The translations under genes were made by a program, and so were the position numbers. The notes under the pieces were generated by a model. It was not told the origin of the DNA. It saw only the letters and a list, made by a program, of their open reading frames with translations, and made no database searches. A stretch of DNA of 29,591 bases from an uncultured bacterium. Lineage in GTDB: Bacteria; Zixibacteria; MSB-5A5; JAABVY01; JAHJOQ01. Positions 20,001 to 27,172 of the stretch are shown here, piece by piece. The DNA lies in assembly GCA_965369655.1 (NCBI GenBank), contig CBDUQR010000035.1, forward strand, positions 1 to 29,591, written 5' to 3'. The number at the start of each line of letters is the position of its first letter. Within the stretch, counting starts at the first letter, position 1.

Positions 20001-21202
20001 ACTCTGATGACGACAAGCAATTCGACGGAGGTGAGGATGCTGTTGGCGACGGCCACAATCCTGTGAATTCATCGGCCAATGAAACTTGCCAATTCATGGA
20101 TACAGACTATCACATCGACGTAAATGTCGACAAAGATGTGTATGCATTGGGTGAGCCTGTCCTCATCGTTGACATTCCTGGTTCTCGAGAAACGAGCACC
20201 TACCACGTGAACGCATTTTACAGAATCGAAGTAGGTGACGGACTTCCAATCAAAGTTGACGGTGATGCGATAAATCATACCGGCATGTTCGTAACGGACA
20301 CATTCGGATGTGCTGTTCCGTCGCTTGTATCGAACTGCTATAAAGCTGGGATATTCTATCTGTATGTTGATATTTTGAGTGACGGTGAGTACTCGTATCA
20401 AGACAATTGGGACCCCAATTGCTGGTGGATGTGCGACTCGTTACCGTACGAGGGTTGGCATCCCGGCGTGAACTTAGAGCACTTTAATGAGGAATTCGAA
20501 TGGCCATTTGTATTCCCCACGGTGTGCCCGAGTGGTGGAGAAGTCATGGATATCGATATATTCGCCCTGTGGTGGTGGTACTCCGAATGGCCACAGCCCC
20601 CGCGTGATTACTGGCTTGGAATTTCCGTACCAGCAGACTTGTTAGCTGAGGAGACCATTTGGATAGATCTACCACCCTCCTTTGTGAATCAGACGGACGA
20701 GTGCTCAGGGACGGAGATCATTCCGTTTGCGTCGGACGCAATGATTGAACTTGATTTGAACGAACAATTCGGGGATGAAGACACCTACTGGTTCGGTTTC
20801 GCGATATCAAACTGGCAGCTTCCCGATTCATTAATGGTCACTGATGTCGTTATAACAATATTGCCGAATGCTACTCGTGTTGACGAGATTCCAATCCAGA
20901 TCAGAATGGGCGATTCTGACTATGGCTGGTCACCGGCGTACTACCGTTCAATTGGAATCCCATCCGGACCCGCGTACTTGTGTGGTGACGCTGACAACAG
21001 CGGTGGCGTTGATATCGATGATGTAGTCTATCTCATCAACTACATCTTCGCTGGTGGCCCGGAACCAAACCCGTATGAGTCCGGTGACGCCGACTGCTCA
21101 GGTTTTGTTGACATCGATGATGTCGTGTACCTGATCAATTACATCTTTGCAGGCGGTCCCGCACCCTGCGATCCGGATGGGGACGGTGAACCGGACTGCT
21201 GA
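17060..21202 (+). CDS. Large secreted multidomain protein: putative cohesin-like N-domain, two Ig/cadherin-like domains, lamin-tail domain, papain-fold C39-like peptidase, Ca-binding DxDxDG repeats, C-terminal dockerin
   Basis: Signal peptide; NQPP..ADDPEGD..VRACD and NETP..VRVDD Ig-like units; VAINEV..FIELYN lamin-tail motif; VPQVLQH..YCGRAS..GHWMVLDGY..HIVDPW (Cys-His-Asp); DADDDKIRD, DSDSDEVGD, DIDGDGL, DSDDD; dockerin. SD GGAGG. Confidence 0.85.
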   Translation: MHHRVALILAIAFLAMTCIHPEGVFGQSSKTGYGDFCVHLNGGTDVAHAGAMNTLEIYIANDAVLEGMTPAIEINFYCSFSWDMGYGSHPPVNEEGRAVGAWDNYTGLMIVQDFDDLSPEHIVFGGAAMPGGGLPDGPSDICYSLQFYIPDTEGPNPSGICVQPYFYPPAHTWTFADAGGGYPPDFCGQPVANPSDPVANPICFEIINQPPEIINCPTGTLYSNYCDVAIYDFEADDPEGDPYLFELVSGPGTIDQVSGVWTFAPDVGDLGGYTCEVRACDAYDCGPICTFTIVIINETPVFTGGCGVVLYAQPGQTVFNQLTADQPDCGPLVFSLTAADPPPSGPVTILPATGMFTFVPEIADTGTTVFTVRVDDEAGDYDECSFEVIVISGAVAINEVRSFDMSGPAGERFDAFIELYNADNTTISLGDYTIVAQDGSTLASLPSWSMPAGAYVSVTLGSGTDDSDFSDGVGSYFTQGDSIGVLDESIDEVGLYRLGTIVDFVGWSNTGSPSGGAPYSDALSNAIWTAGDYVDVTNIERFSTIGLCPSGIDNDMPSDWRFFDFTYFTTGLPRPANPIQRYPSHGSSITASENLYWASVSHAVEYLIEIDDDSTFGSPELAVSVADTFIVVPALTEGFYYWRVRVDDGSGLIDIYDVWEFYFDSGLKAPADILLDVPQVLQHKDTKLLCITHDFGVNPTCVRPGCDELATETHGPWDGAHAATHAHITRCDHCGNYCGRASIQMINFFYSSVDNLTQDHISYELNQANVHPGNPEGDLGHKRYAWIKPNEVGPALSWALNGHGTTAVIGILAWATITAECNAGHPIMILTPGHWMVLDGYRTRFGRQQVHIVDPWPAAGGGGGAQTGWINLANITFIGYYTLAAGTPGARAEISQVLTDADDDKIRDFDEGLPGYPNTRPRRFHAKFNEADSDSDEVGDKEEIKNYTFHDQPGYHPGHENDALTFPDIDGDGLRAEHDCDSDDDKQFDGGEDAVGDGHNPVNSSANETCQFMDTDYHIDVNVDKDVYALGEPVLIVDIPGSRETSTYHVNAFYRIEVGDGLPIKVDGDAINHTGMFVTDTFGCAVPSLVSNCYKAGIFYLYVDILSDGEYSYQDNWDPNCWWMCDSLPYEGWHPGVNLEHFNEEFEWPFVFPTVCPSGGEVMDIDIFALWWWYSEWPQPPRDYWLGISVPADLLAEETIWIDLPPSFVNQTDECSGTEIIPFASDAMIELDLNEQFGDEDTYWFGFAISNWQLPDSLMVTDVVITILPNATRVDEIPIQIRMGDSDYGWSPAYYRSIGIPSGPAYLCGDADNSGGVDIDDVVYLINYIFAGGPEPNPYESGDADCSGFVDIDDVVYLINYIFAGGPAPCDPDGDGEPDC

Positions 21203-21205
21203 AAC

Positions 21206-23056
21206 CTAAACCATATTCTCCGGTTTGAGCAGTTCGTCGAGTTTGTCTTTGGACAGGAGCTTCTTTTCGAGCACCAGTTCGTACACACTGCGATCCGTAT
21301 CGAGCGCTTCCTTCGCGAGCGCGGTGCAGGTGTCATAACCAAGCGCAGGATTCAACGCCGTCACGAGGCCAATGCTGTTCTCGACCATCGATCGGCAATG
21401 TTCAATATTGGCGGTGATGCCGTCGATGCAACGATATTTCAGCGTCGTCATACCATTTTTCAGCATCTCGATTGACTCGAAAATGGACTGGGCGATTATC
21501 GGCTGCATGACATTCAGTTCGAGTTGGCCAGCCTCCGCCGCGAGAGTGACGGTCAGATCGTTCCCGATCACTTTGTAGGCGATCTGGTTCACAACTTCAG
21601 GGATGACCGGATTGACTTTACCCGGCATGATCGATGATCCAGGCTGCATCGGCGGCAGGTTTATCTCGTTAATCCCCGCGCGCGGACCGGACGACAGCAG
21701 CCTCAGATCATTCGATATCTTCGACAGCTTGACGGCGAGGCGTTTGGTCGCAGACGAATACATGACAAACGCGCCTGTATCCTGAGTCGCCTCGACAAGA
21801 TTCTCCGCGAGCCGGACATCGAGATGGGTAACGTCGCGCAAGTGCTCGATTACTTTCGCCGAGTACCGGGGATCGGCATTGATTCCTGTACCGATCGCTG
21901 TTCCGCCCATGTTGACTTCGAGAAACAGCTCCGCATTCTCGTTGAGTCTTTCGATCTCTTCCTCGAGAGTGACAGCGTACGACTCGAACTCCTGACCGAG
22001 TGTCATCGGGACGGCATCCTGAAGTTGCGTTCTTCCCATCTTAATGACAGACGCAAACTCGGCAGACTTTGTCCTGAATGATGCGGCCAGCTTCGCAAGC
22101 ACTTCGACCAACTGGCGATTGCTGTTGATAAGTGCAATCTTCAGCGCCGTCGGATATGCGTCGTTCGTCGATTGAGAAAGATTAACATGGTTGTTTGGGT
22201 GACAGTACTCGTACTGTCCGCGCTCGTAGCCGAGCATCTCCAGCGCCCTGTTCGCGATCACCTCGTTCGCATTCATATTCGTCGATGTGCCCGCGCCGCC
22301 CTGAATCATATCGACCACGAAATGCGTGTGCAATCTGCCGTTGATAATCTCGTTGCACGTCTGGATTATTGCTTCGGCTACCGGACCGGAGAGCAGACCG
22401 AGATCTCTGTTTGCCTTCGCCGAAGCCATTTTCACCATCGCCAGTGCGACGATCAGGGTCGGAAAATGAGTGAGCGATATCCCGCTGATGTTGAAATTCT
22501 CTACCGCGCGCAATGTCTGGATACCGTAATAGTGTTCGTACGGTACATCCCGGTCGCCGAGAAGATCGTGCTCCTGTCGCGTACGACCCGAGACATATTG
22601 AGCGGCCGCATCGACGACGCGCGTGCTTGCCTGACGCATCCTTCTCGAAATAACGCGTGAGACAGCCGAGAGGATTCTGGTGCCGATAGCTGGATTCTCC
22701 GCGCATAGTCGCTCGAAGCTGCCTCGGCTGATCACGAGCGCAGTTGTCGACAGAAGCGCCCGCGCCGATGCCGAATGCGGATAGTCATCCATGAGCGCTC
22801 CCTCGCCGAGGAAGTCATGATCATGGAAAAATGCGAGTCGTTTCTCCTCACCGAACGGCGTTTTCTTAAATAGCTCGACCTCGCCACTGTAAATAATATA
22901 GAGATTTTCTCTCGGGCTGTTCTCCTCGAAAAGCAGATGCCCCGGCTCGTATTCCTCGGTCTCGGCAGAGTCGGCAATCAAATGGCGCTCGTCATCACTG
23001 AGATCACTGAACAGAGCGACCCGACCTATGAACTCGCGCAGGATTGATATTTCCAT
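21206..23056 (-). CDS. aspA: Aspartate ammonia-lyase with N-terminal cyclic-nucleotide-binding domain
   Basis: cNMP domain LFSDL..LFEEN..LYIIYSGEV..FLGEGAL..HSASARA. Aspartase motifs YYGIQTLRA, QGGAGTSTNMN, SQSTND, GRTQLQDA, GSSIMPGKVNP. Start placed at ATG 23056 after GAGGAG rather than the track's 23107. Confidence 0.92.
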   Translation of the reverse strand: MEISILREFIGRVALFSDLSDDERHLIADSAETEEYEPGHLLFEENSPRENLYIIYSGEVELFKKTPFGEEKRLAFFHDHDFLGEGALMDDYPHSASARALLSTTALVISRGSFERLCAENPAIGTRILSAVSRVISRRMRQASTRVVDAAAQYVSGRTRQEHDLLGDRDVPYEHYYGIQTLRAVENFNISGISLTHFPTLIVALAMVKMASAKANRDLGLLSGPVAEAIIQTCNEIINGRLHTHFVVDMIQGGAGTSTNMNANEVIANRALEMLGYERGQYEYCHPNNHVNLSQSTNDAYPTALKIALINSNRQLVEVLAKLAASFRTKSAEFASVIKMGRTQLQDAVPMTLGQEFESYAVTLEEEIERLNENAELFLEVNMGGTAIGTGINADPRYSAKVIEHLRDVTHLDVRLAENLVEATQDTGAFVMYSSATKRLAVKLSKISNDLRLLSSGPRAGINEINLPPMQPGSSIMPGKVNPVIPEVVNQIAYKVIGNDLTVTLAAEAGQLELNVMQPIIAQSIFESIEMLKNGMTTLKYRCIDGITANIEHCRSMVENSIGLVTALNPALGYDTCTALAKEALDTDRSVYELVLEKKLLSKDKLDELLKPENMV

Positions 23057-23248
23057 TTCGATCTCCTCGCAAACAGCCTTTTTCTTCTGTGATACTAACT
23101 CCCACACACCTGTGAGGCAAGAAAGATCGCCATTCGTACGCTTTCAAGCATTTCATGACCCGTGACATATCTTTCCTTGACTATGGATTGCGGTCTGGAT
23201 AGCTTGCATCCGCTGATCGATATCAACCATGTCGCAGAAGGATGTCTG

Positions 23249-23914
23249 ATGGTCAAGGCAGTGCTTTTCGATTTCGATTACACACTGGTCGACTCGTCGC
23301 GAGCGGTGATCGAGTGTGTAAACCACGCTCTGCGCGAACTGAGCCATGAGGAGGCAGCGGGGGACACAATCAGGAGGACAATCGGCAAGTCTCTGCCGGT
23401 GACATACCGAACGCTGACCGGAGATAAATCCGCAGAGAGAGCCGGCGAGTTTCTCAGGCTTTTTGTGGCAAGGGCGGATGCTGTCATGTCGGACATGACC
23501 TCACTGATTCCATCGGCACTCGATACAGTCCGCGATATACGGGCTTTGGGCTGCCTGACCGGTATTGTTTCGACCAAGTATCGATACAGAATCGAGGAAA
23601 TACTCGCGAGGAAATCGATCCACTCCCCTGTCGATGTGATCATCGGCGGTGAGGACGTGGCGCACACCAAGCCTCATCCCGAAGGTATTGTGGCGGCTAT
23701 GACAAAGCTCTCCGCAACACTGGCGCGCACGATTTATGTCGGGGACAGCGTGGTCGACGCCGGAGCAGCGAGGAGCGCCGGAGTGCGATTCGTTGCGGTC
23801 CTCTCTGGAGTCACCCGCGAGGAGGAGTTCGCTGAATATAAACCACACGCCATCATTCCAGATATGACGCACCTTCCCGCGATTCTGAACGGATCCGGGA
23901 GGAAGATATCGTAG
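23249..23914 (+). CDS. HAD-superfamily hydrolase (phosphoglycolate phosphatase-like)
   Basis: LFDFDYTLVDS, IVSTK, KPHPEG, YVGDS.VD. Start placed at ATG 23249 after AGAAGGA. Confidence 0.88.
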   Translation: MVKAVLFDFDYTLVDSSRAVIECVNHALRELSHEEAAGDTIRRTIGKSLPVTYRTLTGDKSAERAGEFLRLFVARADAVMSDMTSLIPSALDTVRDIRALGCLTGIVSTKYRYRIEEILARKSIHSPVDVIIGGEDVAHTKPHPEGIVAAMTKLSATLARTIYVGDSVVDAGAARSAGVRFVAVLSGVTREEEFAEYKPHAIIPDMTHLPAILNGSGRKIS

Positions 23915-23959
23915 CCATTTTGATCTCTATATTTGAGTCACATTTTTCCGTCAACTCAT

Positions 23960-23987
23960 TTGACAAACCGATCATTTCGTATATATT
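23960..23987 (+). promoter_or_regulatory. sigma70 promoter of the tRNA pair
   Basis: TTGACA-N16-TATATT followed by a GC-rich discriminator (CCGGTCGC) just before the tRNA. Confidence 0.7.
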
Positions 23988-23999
23988 TCCGGTCGCTGT

Positions 24000-24071
24000 G
24001 GGGGTGTAGCTCAGTGGTAGAGCATCTGCCTTTTAAGCAGAGGGCCGAAGGTTCGAGCCCTTCCACCCTCA
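24000..24071 (+). tRNA. tRNA-Lys(TTT), CCA not encoded
   Basis: Acceptor GGGGGTG/CACCCTC, D arm GCTC..GAGC, anticodon arm TCTGC-CT-TTT-AA-GCAGA, T loop TTCGAGC. Confidence 0.95.
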
Positions 24072-24115
24072 CTTGATACAGCGACTCGTGAGTCGCCGAT
24101 AGAAAAGTTTTGAAT

Positions 24116-24189
24116 GCGCCATTAGCTCAGCTAGGCAGAGCAGCTGACTCTTAATCAGCGGGTCGGAGGTTCGATTCCTCCATGGCGCA
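24116..24189 (+). tRNA. tRNA-Lys(CTT), CCA not encoded
   Basis: Acceptor GCGCCAT/ATGGCGC, anticodon arm GCTGA-CT-CTT-AA-TCAGC, T arm GGAGG-TTCGATT-CCTCC. Confidence 0.95.
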
Positions 24190-24325
24190 TTTTTTATGAT
24201 TGTGGTTCTAATGTCATCACCCTGCCAATCAGACAAATACCAGTTCGCCATAGTAAGGAACCTGTGCACACCATCGTTTGTGCGAAGCTGGAGAATTCTT
24301 CTGACAGAAGGGTCAGGCCGCATCT

Positions 24326-25186
24326 ATGGATGAGAAGTTATCTAACCTGGAGAGACGTGATCCGAAGCAGATGAGGGTCGTCTTTGTCGGACGAAGAAAT
24401 GCCTTCGACTGGGGGATCATCAGATGGCTTGATAAGAACTACACATTGGATGCTGCGTTCTTCATAGAAGAGGACAGATTCCATTTCAAAACTCGCGTGA
24501 AAAAGTTAAGAAAGCGGGCAAAGCGACTCGGGATAACTCGTGTAGCTGATGAACTGCTCTTCCGTGCTTTTTGTCGCCTACGGTACGGCTCAAGACAGAA
24601 CCGGCTTTTCTCGACCCTGATACCTGAGCAGTTTGTCTCTGAAAGCACAGTTGACATACCTTGCCACTACTGCGATAGTATCCACAAGGAAAAATGGTTA
24701 AGCAAGATACGCGAGATGAGACCGGATGTCATTTTCAGTGTGTGTACTCATACCATCTTCAAGAAAAAACTGTTTCGTATCCCAAGATATGGACTGCTCA
24801 TGCTGCACGAAGGAATAACACCCGAATACAGGGGGTTATCCACACCGGGATGGGCACTGCTGAAAAGAGAATACGAGTACGTGGGTTATACTCTGCTGAA
24901 AATTGACGATGGAATCGATTCGGGTCCGATTCTCTGTCAGGGCACTTATCCGGACGCCGACAAGTTCGGGTTCTGTTACGGGTTTGTGGGACACGCAGCA
25001 CTTGTGCACGGACTACCTGAGATGAAGAGAGCCATGGACACTATGTACATCAATGACGGCAGGTTTGACGAGGTGTCTCAGGCAGGGAGGATATCCAACA
25101 ACTACAGTTGGATACCATTCTCAGCATATCTGCGGCTGAAATGCCGATCATTGAGACATCGGCTGTTCAGCCGAAATATACCGTAG
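24326..25186 (+). CDS. Formyltransferase-family protein (Formyl_trans_N fold)
   Basis: PDVIFSV..IFKKKLF.IP.YG, HEGITPEYRG (HxxxLPxYRG-like), IDDGIDSGPIL.Q. Confidence 0.8.
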   Translation: MDEKLSNLERRDPKQMRVVFVGRRNAFDWGIIRWLDKNYTLDAAFFIEEDRFHFKTRVKKLRKRAKRLGITRVADELLFRAFCRLRYGSRQNRLFSTLIPEQFVSESTVDIPCHYCDSIHKEKWLSKIREMRPDVIFSVCTHTIFKKKLFRIPRYGLLMLHEGITPEYRGLSTPGWALLKREYEYVGYTLLKIDDGIDSGPILCQGTYPDADKFGFCYGFVGHAALVHGLPEMKRAMDTMYINDGRFDEVSQAGRISNNYSWIPFSAYLRLKCRSLRHRLFSRNIP

Positions 25187-25306
25187 AGCGAGTCGGAATG
25201 ACGCCACCCGCCTCATAGATCGAGATTCCTCCCCACAACGAATCCCCACTCAGGACTTGAAAGCTGCAGAAGCTATTCCAGATAGAGCCTTGCAGCGTAC
25301 GGTAAA

Positions 25307-26521
25307 TCAGTTGCTGTCTGGTGGTGCTTGTGCGGGGGGATCGCATGCATTGTTGCGCTCATGCAGATTATTGAGAAGACTGTCGAGTGTTTTCTGATCT
25401 GTGATTGTCGAGTCAACGTCTTTCTGTTTGCTCAGCTTTTCGAAATCAGGCTGGCTCCTGTTTCTACGCATCTGAAGTCGAGCGGGCAGATAATCCTCGA
25501 CCGATCCGAAAAATTCCCTGAGCAGATCATCCTCATCGAAGGCGCATTTCGTGACGTCTCTGTCGCCGAGATAGAGCAGGGTCCCGAGCGTATCGAAGAC
25601 CATGAACAGATCGATTTCAACTTCGCTCCTGCCTGTCATGCGGGAGTATATGTTCCTGCCGAAGACTCTGAAGTTTATCATGCCATAGCCGGGCATTTTC
25701 GGTTTGATCTTAAAACTACCGGTGAATATATCGTCCGGTCTGGGACAGCCCGGTATGGAGCTCGGGATATCGGTCACGCTCAGAGACGGCCAGTACTTCC
25801 ACTCGAATTGGATGTCGTTGACGAAATGGATGTTCGTCGTGATCCTGAAATCAACCGTAGACGGTTCATACATCTTCGGAGTCGGGTGGATTTTCAGGTC
25901 GATGTCGAACGGTATCCCCATTCGTCTCTGATGTCCTTCAAAACGCGTCCTCCGGTAGAACCGCACCGTGTCAAGCGTTGCGGCATAGAAATGCCCCGCG
26001 CAAATGCCGAGGGGCGATCGATCCTTTCCGAAATATATCGCCTTGCCGTCGGGCGTAAACGCGACATGGATCTGATAGAGATTGTAACTCTTTCCATACG
26101 GCAACTGGTGATGAAACATGATAGTGTAGCTGCCGCCGAGAAGAAACGTCACCGGTATCTCGAACGTCGTTTTCTTCTTCTTCCTCGGCTCAACCCATAC
26201 GATCTCATCCGTGTCTAACTCAACATATGGAGGCGGCTCGCAGTGTAATTTCATGACGATTGTGTCACCGATATCTCTCGTAGCCTTGACCTTCATGAGA
26301 AGAATTGCCTGCTGACCGACTACCGGCTTCTTTGCGAAACTGAATTCGACTTCGTAGGGGAAATCTCTCCTGACCGATGGAATCGTGTCGAACGGTTCGA
26401 ACTTGATTTTCTTGTTGAATTTCACTTCCGCGTCAGCGCCACTCGACAGGCCGAGTGCGACGCAGAACAGGACGGCGATCATCATGCAGTTACGGTTATT
26501 CATACTTTCAATTGTCGTCAA
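25307..26521 (-). CDS. Hypothetical secreted protein with two internal beta-sandwich-like repeats
   Basis: Signal peptide MMIAVLFCVALGLSSGADA; repeats FPYEVEF..VAFTPDGKAIYFG and IPFDIDL..MVFDTLGTLLYLG. The true start may be a downstream Met (26503 or later). Confidence 0.75.
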   Translation of the reverse strand: MTTIESMNNRNCMMIAVLFCVALGLSSGADAEVKFNKKIKFEPFDTIPSVRRDFPYEVEFSFAKKPVVGQQAILLMKVKATRDIGDTIVMKLHCEPPPYVELDTDEIVWVEPRKKKKTTFEIPVTFLLGGSYTIMFHHQLPYGKSYNLYQIHVAFTPDGKAIYFGKDRSPLGICAGHFYAATLDTVRFYRRTRFEGHQRRMGIPFDIDLKIHPTPKMYEPSTVDFRITTNIHFVNDIQFEWKYWPSLSVTDIPSSIPGCPRPDDIFTGSFKIKPKMPGYGMINFRVFGRNIYSRMTGRSEVEIDLFMVFDTLGTLLYLGDRDVTKCAFDEDDLLREFFGSVEDYLPARLQMRRNRSQPDFEKLSKQKDVDSTITDQKTLDSLLNNLHERNNACDPPAQAPPDSN

Positions 26522-27065
26522 GACGCCTCACGAATCTTAGTTTGTGATCGCTGTTATATCTGCCGTTCGAGCATCTGCCGCAGGAACGCAGCCTCAGTAT
26601 TTTGCGGCTCGGATATGTTTCACCGCATGTCGGACATTCATACAGGAACTTCATGCCGCGCAGCATGCCGGGATAGTGTCTTGCGTAACGCGAGGTTCCG
26701 ATTCGATTCGCCTCTCGCTTGAATTCGCTCCCGTGGTTCGGAATTACGAGATGGATCATCTCGTGCTTGAGTGTATCGGTAACATCCTCCGGAAAGTGTG
26801 TATGATAACTGACACCCAGCCGGATAATCCTGTCTGATCGAATACACTTGCCCGCGTGTTTCATACGTGTTGACCATTCGACCTGTGCAACGGGAAGCTC
26901 TCCGCCGAAGAATCTGCAGTTGAAATCGCGAAAGAGTCCTGCAAGGTCTTCCTCCGTCGGCAGCGACGCGGTCCGACCGGTATCATTCTCTGTGTTGAGT
27001 TCGACGTCGCAATCGAACAGATCGTAATTGGATTCCTTGAGCGATCGTCTTTCCGCAAGTCTCAT
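26508..27065 (-). CDS. SprT-like zinc metallopeptidase with zinc ribbon
   Basis: FN.RFFGGELP..EWSTRM..AG, TLKHEMIH, HGSEFK, YECPTC..CGRC. Confidence 0.88.
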   Translation of the reverse strand: MRLAERRSLKESNYDLFDCDVELNTENDTGRTASLPTEEDLAGLFRDFNCRFFGGELPVAQVEWSTRMKHAGKCIRSDRIIRLGVSYHTHFPEDVTDTLKHEMIHLVIPNHGSEFKREANRIGTSRYARHYPGMLRGMKFLYECPTCGETYPSRKILRLRSCGRCSNGRYNSDHKLRFVRRLDDN

Positions 27066-27172
27066 AGCTGAAACCTCGCAAATGTGTCAACACAAGTATA
27101 GAGCAAATCTATGTTGCTTACAATCACAAACTGGATTAGATTCGTAACTGTCGCATCTGCAGGAGAAAACGT

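Noticed and set aside
16330-21202. DGR template/variable repeat pair in the similar dockerin tails
   Set aside because: Both copies are coding, differences are not adenine-specific and many are synonymous, and no reverse transcriptase is present.
24081-24096. Palindrome GCGACTC-GT-GAGTCGC between the tRNAs
   Set aside because: Probably an ordinary spacer hairpin; no further support for a distinct element.
24000-24189. tRNA as a prophage/island att site, or a recoding tRNA
   Set aside because: No integrase or duplicated tRNA 3' end seen; the anticodons are standard Lys (TTT, CTT), not Pyl or Sec.
25328-26218. 296-aa + strand ORF
   Set aside because: Antisense to a gene with a signal peptide, internal repeat and operon context.
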